Below are positions 40,494 to 55,329 of a stretch of DNA of 64,000 nt, one piece after another. Made by a program: the position numbers and the translations under genes. The notes below the pieces were generated by a model. The model had not been told where the DNA came from. It worked only from the letters and a program-made list of their open reading frames with translations, and made no database searches. The DNA comes from Camelus ferus (Eukaryota), in NCBI RefSeq assembly GCF_009834535.1, contig NC_045697.1, positions 120,158,001 through 120,222,000 on the forward strand. Direction: 5' to 3'. Position 1 is the first letter of the stretch; each line of letters starts with the position of its first letter.

Positions 40494-43409
40494 TCTATTG
40501 GAACCCAGGCACTGCCGACCATTGTAGGAAGCTCCACACACGCAGGATAACAGAACACTTTTTTTGTGTCTGATTGAGATGTTAAAAACTCCACGCATAC
40601 ATAAGGGGGTACAGGTTTTCCTAGGTTGGGGGAATTCAGATTATTCCCATTAATGCCAATGGGGAGGTAATCGCACCTGCTTGGATTTTCATCCCATCCC
40701 CCAGATTCCCTTGCATCCAAGTCAGAGAAAGCAGGCAGGAAATTTAGCTAAAATTTCTAATAGAACCCAGGCGCTGCTGACAGTTGTAGAAACCTCCCCA
40801 TACACAGGTAACAGAACAAATCTTTGTGTGTGTGGTGGAGTAGAAATAAACTGTAAATGCATGAATCTGGGGTGTAGGTGTAACCAGGTTGGGAGACGTT
40901 GGCTAAGTATCTCCACAGCCCATGGGGAGGCACTCTGTTTTCTCCGTTTTCCAGCCCTACTCCCAGCTTTCCCTTGCAGCCCGGGTTAGGAAAACACCCA
41001 GGGATGACAAACTAAGTGATTCTATCAGAACCCCGGCGCTGCTGTCAGTTGGAGGAATCTCCACACACACAAGATTCCCAAACTCGTCTTTGCTTCGAAG
41101 AATTTTGAAGCCCCAAACCCCATTCATGACTGGCGCTCAAGTTTTTCCAAGTTAGTGAAAAGTGCGCTAATTAGCTCTATATTCCATCTCGGGCAATCGC
41201 TGCTACTTGGAATTCCAGCCCAACACACATATTTCCCTTGTAGCCCGACCTGGGGTAACACAGAGCGAAAAGAAGCTATTGGTGCTATTCGTACCCAATG
41301 CCCTGCTGACAATTGTGGAAACCTTCGAACACTCAGGATTACAGAACATATCTTTCTGTGTGTGATGGAGTAGGAAAACATACTCCAGGCATTTTTCTGG
41401 GGATCCAGGTTTTTCCAGGTTGGGAGATGTCGGCTAATTTCCTTTAGTGCCCATGGGGTGGCACTGTCTTCTTCTTCATTTTCAAGCCCAACTCCCAGCT
41501 TTCCCTTGCAGCCCAGACAAGTGAAACACTCATGGATGACAAATAAGTGATTCTATTAGAACCGCGGCGTTGCTGTCTTTTGGAGGAACCTCCAAATCTT
41601 CAGGATTCTCTAACACGTCTTTTAGTGTGGGGAGTTGTGGAACCCCAATCCACGCAGATGGATGGGGTCACAGATTTGTCACTGTTAGGGAGAAGTCCGC
41701 TAATTAACTCCACAGTGCAACTTGGGGCACACGCTGCTCCTTAGATTTTCAGTCTATTTCCCAGTATTTACTCGCAGCCCGTCCTTGTAAAACACACAGT
41801 GATAATAAGCTAGGTTTCTATAGGAACCCTGGTGCTGCAGACAATTGTAGGAACCACCCCACACTCAGAATAACAGAACAATATTTTGAGTGTCTGATTT
41901 AGATGGGTAAACTAAATCCACGCATGTTTAAGATTGTATAGGCGTTCCTAGGATGTGGGAGTTCGGATATTTACATCCACTGTCCATGGGGAGTCCCTTG
42001 CAGTTGTTTGGATTCCAGCCCAACAACCAGCTTTCCCTCGCATCCCGGCCTGTTAAAACACTCAGGGAAAATGCTACAGTTTCTATAAGAACTAAGGTGC
42101 TCCTGACAGATGTAAAAACCTCCCTACACTAAGGAAAACAGAACACATATTTGTGTGTGTGATGGAGTAAGAAAACACAGTAAGGCATGTCTCTGGGGTT
42201 CAGGATTTCGCAGGATGGGAAATGTTGGCTAATTACCTCCACTTCCCTTTGTGTAGCATTCTCTTCTTCTTCGATATCCAGCCCTAATCCTAGCATTCCC
42301 TTGCAGCCCGAACATGGAAAACACCCAGGGATGACAACCTAAATCTTTCTATCAGAACCAGGGCGCTGCTGTTTGCTGGAGGAATCTCCAAACACTCAGG
42401 AATCCGGAACACGGATTTGCTTGATGCGAATTGTGTAGCCCCACAGCACACTAATTGCTGGGGCCCAAGATTTTCCCTTTAGAGCCAAGTCCGCTAATTT
42501 CCTCCATAGTCCATCTCGGGGCACTCGCTGCTACTTGGATTTCCAGCCCAAACCCAAGATTTCAAACGCAGATCAGCCTGGGAAATCACACAGTGAATAT
42601 ATATTATTCGTTGTAACGGAACCCAGTCTCTACCTAACTTTGTAGGAATCTTCCCACAACTAGGATAAAAGAAGAAACATTTGTGTGTCTGATGGAGATG
42701 GGAAAACCATCTCCAAGCATGTATCAGGGGGCTTAGGTGTTCCAAGGCTGTGGGACTTAGGAAAATTACCTCAAATTCTCATGGGGATTTACTCGCTGCT
42801 GCTACGAATTACAGCCAAGCCCACAGCATTACCTCGCAGTCAGGCCTGTGAAAACACACACGGAAAATAAAATACTGGTGCTACTAGAACCCAGGCGCTG
42901 CTGAAAGTTTTAGAATCCTCCCCACACTCAGGATAGCAGAACAAATTTTTGTGTATTTGATGGTGTATATGAAAATAAACTCCAGGCATGTTTCCGAGGG
43001 TACAGCTGTTCCCAGGTTTGGAGATGTCGCCTAATTAACTCCACTTCCAATGGGGAGGCACTCTATAATTCTTCGCTTTCCAGAATAACTCCCAGCATTC
43101 CTTTGAAGCCCGGCCTAATAAATCACCTAGGGATGATTATATTAGTGATTCTATCAGAACTTACGCTCTGCTGCCTGTTGGATGTACAACACACACTCAA
43201 AATTCCGGAACATGGCTTTGCTTGGTGGACGTCTGGAGACAAAAACAACAAGATGTCTGGGGGCACAGTTTCTCTCTGTCTGGGAGAAGTCCGCTAAATA
43301 CCTCTACAGTAAATAACTTGGAAATACTGGCTACAATGTTTTCCAGCCGAACCACCAGTTTCCCTCACAGTCCGCCCTGGAAAACATTCATTGATTATAA
43401 GCTAGTTGT
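40494..43409. repeat. Extra 11-monomer module (2916 bp), a tandem duplicate of 37582-40493
   Basis: Shares private variants with the preceding 11-mer (ggggaattcagatt, ttggattttcatccc, aatttctaatagaac, cttcgaagaattttgaagccccaaacccc, caggattctctaacacg, cagggaaaatgctacag). ORFs 38636/41547 are spaced 2911 apart. Confidence 0.88.
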
Positions 43410-46400
43410 TCTATTGGAACCCAGGCACTGCAGACCGTTGTAGGAAGCTCCGCACACGCAGGATAACAGAACACTATTTTGTGTCTAATTGAGATGGTAA
43501 AAACTCCACGCATGTTTCAGATGGTACAGGTTTTCCTAGGTTGGGGGAGTTCAGATTATCCCCATTAATGCCCATGGTGAGGTAATCACTCCTGCTTGGA
43601 TTTCCATCCCATCCCCCTGTTTCCCTTGCAACCCAGTCAGAGAAAACAGTCAGGAAATTTAGCTAAAGTTTCTATTAGAACCCAGGCGCTGCTGACAGTT
43701 GTAGAAACCTCCCCATACACAGGGTAACAGAGCACTTCTTTGTGTGTGTGATGGACCAAGAAAACACACTCCATTCATGTTTCTGGGGTGTAGATGTAAC
43801 CCGGTTTGGAGACGTTGGCTGAGTATCTCCACAGCCCAACGGGAGGCACTCTGTTTTCTCCGTTTTCCAGCCCTACTCCCAGCTTTCCCTTGCAACCCGG
43901 GTTAGGAAAACACCCAGGGATGACAAACTAAGTGATTCTAACAGAACCCCGGCGCTGCTGTCTGTTGGAGGAACCTCCACACACACAGGATTAACAAACA
44001 CGTCTTTGTATGGGGGAATTTTGAAGCCCCATTCCACACACATGGTGGAGGGCACAAGTATTTCCCTGTTAGGTAGAAGTCCGCTAATTGCCTCTACAGA
44101 CAATCGTGGGGCACTCGCTGCTACTTGGATTACCATCCAAACCCCCAGGTTTACCTTGCAACCCTGCCTGGGGAAACACACAGTGAAAAGAATCTAAAGT
44201 GCTATTAGAACACATGCGCTGCTGACAATTGTGGAAAGCTTCGAACACTCATGATAACAGAGCACATCTTTCTGTGTGTGATGGAGTAGTAAAACAAACT
44301 CCAGGCATTTTTCTGGGAATCCAGTTTTTCCCAGGTTGGGAGATGTCGACTAGATTACTTCACTGCCCTTGGGGATGCATTGACTTCTTCTTCCTTTTCA
44401 AGCCTAACTTCGAAATTTCCCTTGAATCCCGGTCTTGGATTATAACCAGGGATGGCAGTCTAAGTGATTTTATCAGAGCTACGATGCTGCTGTCTATTTT
44501 AGGTACTTCCAGAACCTTAGGATTCTGGATCACGTCTAAGCTTGGGTGAAGCTTTGTAGACCCACACCACAGAGATGGCTGGGGGCACAGGTTTTTCCCT
44601 GTTAGGGAGATGTCCGCTAATTACCTCCACAGTCCATCTCGTGTCACTTGCTGCTACATGGCTTTCCAGAGCAAGTGGAGCATTCCCTCGCATGCCGGCC
44701 TGGGAAAACAATCAGGGATAATAAGCCAGTGGTTCTATTGGAACCCAGGTGCTGCTGAATATTGTAGGATACTCCCCACACCCAGGAAAATAGAACACTT
44801 CCTTGTGTGTCTCATGAAGTTTTTTAAACAAACTCCATGCATGTTTCAGGGGGTTGAGGTGTTCCTAGTTAGTGGGAGTTCTGGTAATTTCCTCCAATGC
44901 CCATGGGGAGTCACTCGCTCCTGCTTGGCTTTCCAGCACAAACCCCAACTTTCCCTCTCAGCCCGGCCTGGGAAAACACTCAGGGATAATATGCTATTGG
45001 TTGTATTGGAACCCAGTCGCTACCTACCGTTGTAGGCTCCTTCCGAAATCTGGGATAACAGAAGAAAACTTTGTGTGTCTGATGGAGATGGGTAAACAAA
45101 CTCCACGCATTTTTCAGGGGGCACAGTTGTTCCTAGGTTGTGGGATGTCGGAAAATTACCTCAAATTCTCTTTGGGAATAACTCGCTGCTGCTACGAATT
45201 ACAGCCAAACCCACAGGTTTACCTCGCAGCTAGGCGTGTGAAAAAAACTCACGGAAAAGAAAAGACGGGTGCTATTAGAACCCAGGCTCTGCTGATATTT
45301 GTAGTATCCTCACCACAATCAGGATAGCAGAACATATCGTTGTGTGTGTCATGTTGTTGTTAAATACACTCCAGGCATATTTTTGGGGGTACAGTTGTTC
45401 CCTGGTTTGGAGAATTCGTCTAATTACCTCCACTGCCAATGGGGAGGGAATCTATACTTCTTCGCTTTGCAGAATATCTCCCACATTTCCCTTACAGCAC
45501 GGCCTAAGAAAACACCTAGTGATGACAATATTAGTGATTCTATGTCAAACCCGGCGCTGCTGTCTCTTGGAGTTAAAACACAGACTCAATATTCCGGAGC
45601 AAGGATTTGCTTGGGGGAGGTGTGGAGCCCCACACCACACAGATGCCTTGGGTAACAGATATTCCTTGTTTATTAGAATTCTGCTAATTCCCTCAACATT
45701 CAATCTCTGGGCACTCGTTTCTACTAGGCTTTCCAGCCGAACCAACTGCTTTCCCTTGCTACCCGCCCTGGGAAACACTCAGAGATAATAATTTAATGGT
45801 TCTATTGGAATAAAAGTACTGCAGACCGTTGCAGGAACCTCGGCACATGCAGGATAACAGAAAAATTTTTTTGTGTCTCATTGTGATGGTAAAAGATCCA
45901 CGCATGTTTCAGGGTGTAGTGGTATTCCTAGGTTGTGGGAGGTCAGAAACATCCCACTACAGCCCATGGGGAAGTACTCGCTCATGCTTGGCTTTCCAGA
46001 CCATGCAACAGTTTCCTTTGCAACCCAGCCTGAGAAAACTATCAGGAAATGTAGCTAAAGTTTCTATCAGTACCCAGGTGCTGCAGTCTGTTGTAGGAAC
46101 TTCCACAAACACAGGATTCCCAAACACGGCATTGCTTGGAACTGTTTTGAAGCCCTAAAGCCCACACATGCCTGGGGGCACAAGTTTTTCACATTTAGGG
46201 CCATGTCCGCTAATTACCTCCATAGTCCATCTCAGGGCACTCGTTGCTACTTGGATTTCCAGCCCAAACCCAAACTTTCCCTCGCAGCCCGGCCTGGGAA
46301 AACACACAAGGAAAATATGTTTTTGGTTGTAATGGATCCCAGTATCTACCTACCGTTATAGGAAACTTCCCACAGCTAGGATAAAAGAAGAAAAATTTGT

Positions 46401-47116
46401 GTCTGATGGAGATGGGTAAACAAACTCCAAGCATGTATCAGGGGGCTTAGGTGTTCCAAGGTTGTGGGACGTCGGAAAATTACCTCAAATTCTCATGGGG
46501 AGTAACTCGCTGCTGCTACGAATTACAGCCAAGCCCACAGTTTACCTCGCAGCCAGGCCTGTGAAAACACTCACGGAAAACAAAATACTGGTGATACTAA
46601 AACCCAGGCGCTGCTGAAAGTTGTAGAATCCTCCGCACACTCAGGATAGCAGAACAAATATTTGTGAGAGTGATGGTGTAGGAAAATACACTCCAGGCAT
46701 GATTCTGGGGGTACAGCTGTTCCCAGGTTTGGAGATGTTGCATAATTACCTCCAATTCCAATGGGGAGGCACTCTATACTTCTTTGATTTCCAGACCAAC
46801 TCCAAGCTTTCGTTTGACCCCGGCCTAAGAAAACACCTAGGGATGACAATATTAGTGATTCTATCAGAACACCCACTCTGCTGCTTTTGGAGGTAAAACG
46901 CACTCTCAATATTCCAGAACATGGCTTTGCTTGGTGGATGTGTTCGTACCAATACCACACGATGCCAGGGGCACAGTATCTCTCTGTCTGGGGAAGCCCG
47001 CTAATTAACTCTACAGTCAGTCTCTGGGCAATCCTGGCTACTTGGCTTTCCAGCCGAACCCACAGTTTCCCTCGCAGCCCGCCCTGGAAAACACTCAGTG
47101 ATTATAAGCTAGTGGT
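43410..47116. repeat. 14-monomer module (3707 bp)
   Basis: There are 14 anchors between the module starts at 43410 and 47117. The first 11 follow the 13-mer/19-mer order, then it skips to the last 3 monomers. Confidence 0.85.
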
Positions 47117-48701
47117 TCTATTGGAAACCAGGCACTGCCGACCGGTGTAGGAAGCTCCGCACACGCAGGATAACAGAACAATTTTTTTGTGTCTGATTGA
47201 GATGGTAAAAATTCCACGCATGTTTCAGGGGGTACAGGTTTTCCTAGGTTGTGGGAGTTCAGATTATTCCCATTAATGCCCATGGGGAGGTAATCGCTCC
47301 TGCTTGGATTTCCATCCAATCCCCCAGTTTCCCTTGCAACCCAAGCAGAGAATACAGTCAGGAAATTTAGCGAAAGTTTCTATTAGAACCCAGGAGCTGC
47401 TGACAGTTGTAGAAACCTCCCCATACACAGGGTAACAGAACACTTCCTTCTGTGTGTGATCTAGTAGGAATACACAGTCCATGCATGTATCTGTGGTGCA
47501 GGTGTAACCAGGTTGGTAGACGTTGGCTAAGTATCTCCACATCCCATGGGGAGGCACTCTGTTTTCTCCGTTTTCCAGCCCTACTCCCAGCTTCCCCTTG
47601 CAGCCTGGGTTAGGAAAACACCCAGGGATGACAAACTAATTCAATCAATCAGAACAAGTGCGCTGCTGTATGTTGGAGGAACCTCCAAACACTCAGGATT
47701 CTGGAACATGTATTAGTTTGGTGCGAATTGTGAAGCCCCAAAGCACACTCATTCCTGGTGCCCAAGATTTTCCCTTTTAGGGCCAAGTCCGCTAATTACC
47801 TCCATAGTCCATCTCAGGGCACTCGTTGCTACTTGGATTTCCAGCCCAAACCCAAGCTTTCTCTCGCAGCCCGGCCTGGGAAAACACACAAGGAAAATAT
47901 GTTTTTGGTTGTAATGGATCCCAGTATCTACCTACCGTTACAGGAAACTTCCCACAGCTAGGATAAAAGAAGAAATATTTGTGTCTGATGGAGATGGGTA
48001 AACAAACTCCAAGCATGTATCAGGGGGCTTAGGTGTTCCAAAGCTGTGGGACGTCGGAAAATTACCTCAAATTCTCATGGGCAGTAACTCGCTCCTGCTA
48101 CGAATTACAGCCAAGCCCACAGTTAACCTCGCAGCCAGGCCTGTCAAAATACTCATTGAAATCTAAATACTGGTTCTACTAGAACCCAGGGGTTGCTGAA
48201 AGTTGTAGAATCCTCCCCACACTCAGGATAGCAGAACAAATTTTGTGTGTGTGATGGTGGAGGAAAATACACTCCAGGCATGTTTCTGGGGGTACAGCTG
48301 TTCCCAGGTTTGGAGATGTCGCCTAATTACCTCCACTTCCAATTGGGAGGGACACTAGACTTCTTTGCTTTCGAGACCAACTCCTAGCTTTCGTGTGAAG
48401 CCCGGCCTATGAAAACACCTAGGGATGAAAATATTAGTGATTCTATCAGAACACCCGCTCTGCTGACAGTTGGAGGTACAACACACACTCAAAATTCCGG
48501 AACATGGCTTTGCTTGGTGGAGGTGTCGGGACCAACACCACAAGATGCCTGGGGGCACAGTTTCTCTCTGTTTGTGAGAAGTCCGCTAATAACCTCTACA
48601 GTCAATCACTGGGCTATCCTGGCTACTTGGCTTTCCAGCAGAACCCCCAGTCTCCCTCGCAGCCTGCCCTGGAAAAGACTCAGAGAATATAAGCTAGTGG
48701 T
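47117..48701. repeat. 6-monomer module (1585 bp)
   Basis: Anchors at ~47117, 47378, 47645, 47910, 48175 and 48442. ORFs 46210/47792 are nearly identical at +1582. Confidence 0.85.
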
Positions 48702-51700
48702 TCTATTGGAACCCAGGCACTGCAGACCGTTGTAGGAAGTTCCGCACACGCAGGATAACAGAACACTTTTTTTGTGTCTGATTGAGATGTTAAAAAGTCC
48801 ATGCATGTTTCCGGGGGTACAGGTTTTCCTAGGTTGGGGGAGGTCAGATTTTTCCCATTAATGCCCATGGGGATGTAATCACTCATGCTTGGTTTTCCAT
48901 CCCATCCCGCAGTTTCCCTTGCAACCCAGTCAGAGAATACAGTCAGGAAATTTAGCTAAAATTTCTATTACTACCCAGGCGCTGCTGACAGTTATAGAAA
49001 CCTCCCCATACACAGGGTAACAGAGCACTCCTTTGTGTGTGTGATCGACAAAGAAAATATAATACATGCATGTATCTGGGGTGCAGATGTAACCAGGTTT
49101 TGAGACGTTGGCTAAGTATCTCCACAGCCCAAGGGGAGGCAATCAGTTTTCTTCATTTTCCAGCCCTATTCCCAGCTTTCCCTTGCAACCCGGGATAGGA
49201 AAACACCCAGGGATTACATACTAAGTGATTCTATCAGAACCCCGGTGCTGCTATCTGTTGGAGGAACCTCCACACACACAGGATTAACAAACACGTTTTT
49301 GCAAGGGGGAATTGTGAAGCCCCACACCACACACATGGCTGAGGGCACAGGTTTTTCCCTGTTTGGTAGAAGTCCGCTAATTACCTCTACAGGCCATCGT
49401 GGGGTACTCGCTGCTTCTTGGATTTCCATCCCAATGCCCAGGATTCCCTTGCAGCCTGGCCTGGGGAAACACACATGGAAAAGAATCTTCTGGTGCCATT
49501 AGAACACATGCGCTGCTTACAATTGTGGAAAACTTCGAACACTCATAATAACAGAGCACAACTTTCTGTGTGTGATGGTGTAGTAAAACACACTCCAGGC
49601 ATTTTACTGGGGATCCAGTTTTCCCAGGTTGGGAGATGTCGGCTAGATTCCTTCACTGCCCATGGGGATGCATTGACTTCTTCTTCGTTTTCAAGCCCTA
49701 CTTCCAAATTTCCCTTGCATCCCGGTATTGGATTTTAACCAGGGAAGACACTCTAAATAATTTTATCAGAGCTACGATGCTGCTGTCTAATTTAAGAACT
49801 TCCAGAAACTTAGGATTATGGATCACGGCTATGCTTGTGGGTAGCTTTGGAGACCCACACCACAGAGATGGCTGGGGGCACAGGTTTTTCCCTGTTAGGG
49901 AGATGTCCGCTAATTACCTTCACAGTCCATCTCGGGTCACTCGCTGCTACATGGCTTTCCAGCGCAAGCACAGCATTCCCTCGCAGGCCGGCCTGGGAAA
50001 ACAAACTGGGATAATAAGCCAGTGGTTCTTTTGGAACCCAGGTGCTGCAGAATATTGTAGTATACTCCCCACACACAGGAAAGAGAACACCTCCTTTTGT
50101 GACTGATGCAGTTTGGTAAACAAACTCCACGCGTGTTTCAGGGGGTTAAGTTGTTCCTAGTTAGTGGGAGTACGTGTAATTTCCTAAAATGCCCATGGGG
50201 AGGATCTCGCTCCTGCTTGGCTTTCCAGCCCAACCCCCAGAATTCCCTCTCAGCCCGGCCTGGGAATACACTCAGAGATAATATGCTATTGGTTGTAAAG
50301 GAACCCAGTGGCTTCCTACCGTTGTAGGCTCCTTCCCACATTTGGGATAACAGAATAAATCTTTGTGTGTCTGATGGAGATGGGTAAACAAACTCCACGC
50401 ATGTTTCTGGGGGAACAGTTGTTCCAAGGCTGTAGGACGTCGAGAAATTTCCTCAAATTCTCATTGGGAATAACTCGCTGCTGCTAAGAATTACAGCCAA
50501 GCCCACAGATTTACCTCGCAGCTAGGCGTGTGAAAAAAACTCACGGAAAAGAAAAGACTGGTGCTATTAGAACCCAGGCGCTGCTGATATTTGTAGAATC
50601 CTCACCACACTCAGGATAGCAGAACACATCTTTGTGTGTGTCTTGGTGTAGATAAATACACTCCAGGCATAATTCTGTGGTGACAGCTGTTCCCAGGTTT
50701 GGAGATGTCGCCTAATTACCTCCACTGCCAATGGGGAGGGAATCTATACTTCTTCGATTTGCAGACCATCTCCCAAATTTCCCTTACATCCCGGCCTAAG
50801 AAAACACTTAGTGATGACAATATTAGTGATTCTATGAGAAACCCGGCGCTGCTGTCTGTTGGAGGCACAACTCAGACTCAAAATTCCGGAGCAAGTATTT
50901 GCTTGGGGGAGGTGTGGAGCCCCACACCACACAGATGCATCGGGTCACAGATTTTCCTAGTTTATGAGAAGTCTGCTAATTTCCTCTACAGTCAATCTCT
51001 GGGCACTCGTTGCTACTTGGCTTTCCAGCCGAACCCACTGCTTTCCCTCGCAACCCGCCCTGGAATACACTCAGAGATAATAAGTTAATGGTTCTATTGG
51101 AACACAAGCACTGCAGACCGTTGTAGGAACCTCCGCACACGCAGGATAACAGAAAAACTTTTTTGTGTCTCATTGAGATGGTAAAAGCTCCACGCATGTT
51201 TCAGGGTTTACTGGTGTTCCTAGGTTGTGGGAGGTCAGATAAATCCCACTACAGCCCATGGGGAATTACTGCTCCTGCTTGGCTTTCCGGACCATGCCCC
51301 AGTTTCCTTTGCAACCCAGCCTGAGGAAACAATCACGAAATGTAGCTAAAGTTTCTATCAGAACCCCGGTGCTGAAGTCTGTTGTAGGAAATTCCACAAA
51401 CACAAGATTCCCAAACACGGCATTGCTTGGAAGAATTTTGAGGACAAAAATACCACACATGGTTGGGGGCACAAATTTTTCCCTTTTAGGGCCAAGTCCG
51501 CTAGTTTCCTCCATAGTCTATCTCGGGGCACTCGTAGCTAATTGGATTTCCAGCCCAAACCCAAGCTTTCCCTCGCAGCCCGGCCTGGGAAAACACACAA
51601 GGAAAATATGTTTTTGGTTGTAATGGATCCCAGTATCTACCAACCGTTACAGGAAACTTCCCACAGCTAGGATAAAAGAAGAAATATTTGTGTGTCTGAT

Positions 51701-52414
51701 GGAGATGGGTAAACAAACTACAAGAATATATCAGGGGGCTTAGGAGCTCCAAGGCTGTGGGACGTCGGAAAATTACCTCAAATTCTCATGGGGAGTAACT
51801 CCCTGCTGCTACGAATTACAGCCAAGCCCACAGTTTTACCTCACAGCCAGGCCTGTGAAAACACTCACGGAAAACAAAATACCGGTGCTATTAGAACCCA
51901 GGCACCGCTGAAAGTTGTAGAATCCTCCCCACACTCAGGAAAGCAGAACAAATTTTTGTGTGTATGATGGTGTAGGAAAATACACTCCAGGCATGTTTGT
52001 GGGGGTACAGCTGTTCCCAGGTTTGGAGATGTCGCCTAATTACCTCCACTTCCAATGGGGAGGCAGTCTATACTTCTTCGCTTTCCGGACTAACTACAAG
52101 CTTTCCTTTGAAGCACGGCCTTAGAAAACACCAGGTGATGACAATATTAGTGATTCTATAAGAAGACACGCTCTGCTGACAGTTGGAGGTACAACACACA
52201 CTCAAAATTCCGGAACATGTCTTTGCTTGGTATAGTTGTGGAGACCAACACCACAGGATGCCTGGGGGCACAGTTTCTCTCTGTCTGGTAGAAGTCCGCT
52301 AATTAACCCTAAAGTCAATATTTGGGCAATCCTGGCAACTTGGCTTTCCAGCCGAACCCCCGTTTTCCCTCACAGCCCGCCCTGAAAAACACTCAGAGAT
52401 TATAAGCTAGTGGT
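48702..52414. repeat. 14-monomer module (3713 bp), second copy
   Basis: Same monomer order and the same internal skip as 43410-47116. Confidence 0.85.
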
Positions 52415-55329
52415 TCTATTGGAAACCAGGCACTGCAGACTGTTGTAGGAAGCTCCGCACACGCAGGATAACAGAACACTTTTTTTGTGTCTGATTGAGA
52501 GGGTAAAAACTCCACACATGTTTCAGGGGGTACAGGTTTTCCTAGGTTGGGGGAGGTCAGATTATTCCCTTTAATGCCCATGGGGACGTAATCGCTCCTG
52601 CTTGGATTTCCATCCAATCCCCCAGTTTCCCTTGCAACCCAGTCAGACAATACAGTAAGGAAATTTAGCTAAAATTTCTATTAGAACCCAGGCGCTGCTG
52701 ACTGTTGTAGAATCCTCCCCATACACAGGGTAACTGATCACTTCCTTGTGTGTGTGATGGAGTAGGAATACACAGTCCATGCATGTATCTGGGGTGCAGG
52801 TGTAACAAGTTTGGGAGACGTTGGCTAAGTATCTCCACATCCCATGTGGAGGTACTATGTTTTCTTCATTTTCCAGACCTACTCCCAGCTTCCCCTTGCA
52901 GCCCGGGTTAGGAAAACACCCAGGGATGACAAACTAAATCATTCAATCAGAACCAGTGCGCTGCTGTATGTTGGAGGAACCTCCAAACACTCAGGATTCT
53001 GGAACTCGGATTTGCTTGTTTCGAATTGTGAAGCCCCAAAGCACACACATTCCTGGGGCCCAAGATTTTCCCTTTTAGGGCCAAGTCCACTAATTACCTC
53101 CATAGTCCATCTCGGGGTACTCGCTGCTACTTGGATTTCCAGCCCAAACCCCATGATTCCCTTGCAGCCCGGCCTGGGGTAACACAGAGTGAAAAGAAGC
53201 TATTGGTGATATTCGATCCCATGCCCTGCTGACAATTGTGGAAACCTTCGAACACTCAGGATAACAGAACATATCTTTCTGTGTGTAATGGAGTAGGAAA
53301 ACACACTCCAAGCATTTTTCTGGGGATCCAGGTTTTTCCAGGTTGGGAGATGTCGGCTAGATTCCTTCAGTGCCCATGGGGTGGCACTGTTTTCTTCTTC
53401 GTTTTCAAGCCCAACTCCCAGATTTGCATTGCAGCCCGGACAAGTGCAACACCCATGGATGACAAATAAGTGATTCTATCAGAACCCCGACTTTGCTGTC
53501 TGTTGGAGGAACCTCCAAACCTTCAGGATTCTGGAACACGTCTTTGAGTGTGGGGAGTTGTGGAACCCCAATGCACGCAGATGAATGGGGTCACAGATTT
53601 GTCCCTCTTAGGGAGAAGTCCGCTAATTAAATCCACAGTGCATCTTGGGGCACTCGATGCTTCTTAGATTTTCAGTCAATACCCCAGTTTTCTCTTGCAG
53701 GCCGGACTTGTTTAACACTCAGTGATAATAAGCTAGGTTTCTATAGGAACCCAGGTGCTGCAGACAATTGTAGGAACCTCCCCACACTCAGAATAACAGA
53801 ACAATACTTTGAGTGTCTGATTTAGATGGGTAAACTAAATCCACGCATGTTTCATGTTGTATAGGTGTTCCTAGGTTGTGGGAATTCAGATATTTACATC
53901 CACTGTCCATGCGGAGTCCCTTGAAGTTGCTTGGATTCCAGCACATCCCCCAGTGTTCCCTCGCATCCCGGCCTGTGAAAACACTCAGGAAAAATAAGCT
54001 ACAGTTTGTATAAGAACTAAGGCGCTCCTGACAGATGTAGAAACCTCCCTACACTAAGGAAAACAGAAAACAGCTTTGTGTGTTTGATGGTGTAGGAAAA
54101 TACACTAAGGCATGTCCCTGGGGTGCAGGTGTTCGCAGTTTGGGAAATGTTGTCTAATTACCTCCACTGCCCATGGGGGAGCACTCACTTCTTCTTCGAT
54201 ATCGAGCCCTAATCCTAGCATTCCCTTGCAGCCCGACCGTGGAAAACACCCAGGGATGACAAACTAAATCATTCTATCAGAACCAGGGTGCTGCTGTATG
54301 TTGGAGGAACTTCCAAACACTCAGGATACCGGAAAAAGGATACACTTGGTGCGAATTGTGAAGCCCTCAGCACACTCATTGCTGGGGCCAAGATTTTCCC
54401 TTTTAGGGCCAAGTCCACTAATTACCTCCATAGTCCATCTCGGGGCACTCGCTGCTACTTGGATTTCCAGCCCAAACCCAAGTTTTACCTCTCAGCACGG
54501 CCTGGGAAAACACACAGGGAAAATATGTTATTGGTTTTAATGGAACCCAGTCTCTACCTAAATTTGTAGGAACCTTCCCACAACTAGGATAAAAGAAGAA
54601 AAATTTGTGTGTCTGATTGAGATGGGTAAACAAATTCCAAGCATGTATCAGGGGGCTTAGGTGTTCCAAGGCTGTGGGACGTCGGATAATTACCTCAAAT
54701 TCTCATGGGCAGTAACTCGCTGCTGCTTCGAATTACAGTCAATCCCACAGTTTACCTCGCAGCCAGGCCTGTGAAAACACTCACGGAAAACTAAATACTT
54801 GTACTACAAGAACCCAGGAATTGCTGAAATTTTTTGAATCCTCCCCACACTCAGGAAAGCAGAACAAATATTGTGTGTGTGATGGTGGAGGAAAATACAC
54901 TCCAGGCATGTTTCTGGGGGTACAGCTGTTCCCAGGTTTGGAGATGTTGCCTAATTACCTCCACTTCCAATGGGGAGGCACTCTATACTTCTTCGCTTTC
55001 CAGACCAACTCCCAGCTTTCGTTTGAACCCCTGCCTAAGAAAACAGCTAGGGATGACAATATTAGTGATTCTATCAGAACACACGCTCTGCTGCCTTTTG
55101 GAGGTACAACACACACTCAAAATTCCGGAACATGGCTTTGCTTGGTGGAGGTTTAGTGACCAACACCACAAGATGCCTGGGGGCACAGTTTCTCTCTGTC
55201 TGGGAGAAGTCCGCTAATTACCTCTACAGTCAATAACTGGGCAATCCTGGCTACTTGGCTTTCCACCCGAACCTCCAGTTTCCCTCGCAGCCCGCCCTGG
55301 AAAACACTCAGAGTTTATAAGCTATTGTT
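52415..55329. repeat. 11-monomer module (2915 bp)
   Basis: Same order as 3662-6574 and 20620-23536. Confidence 0.87.
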
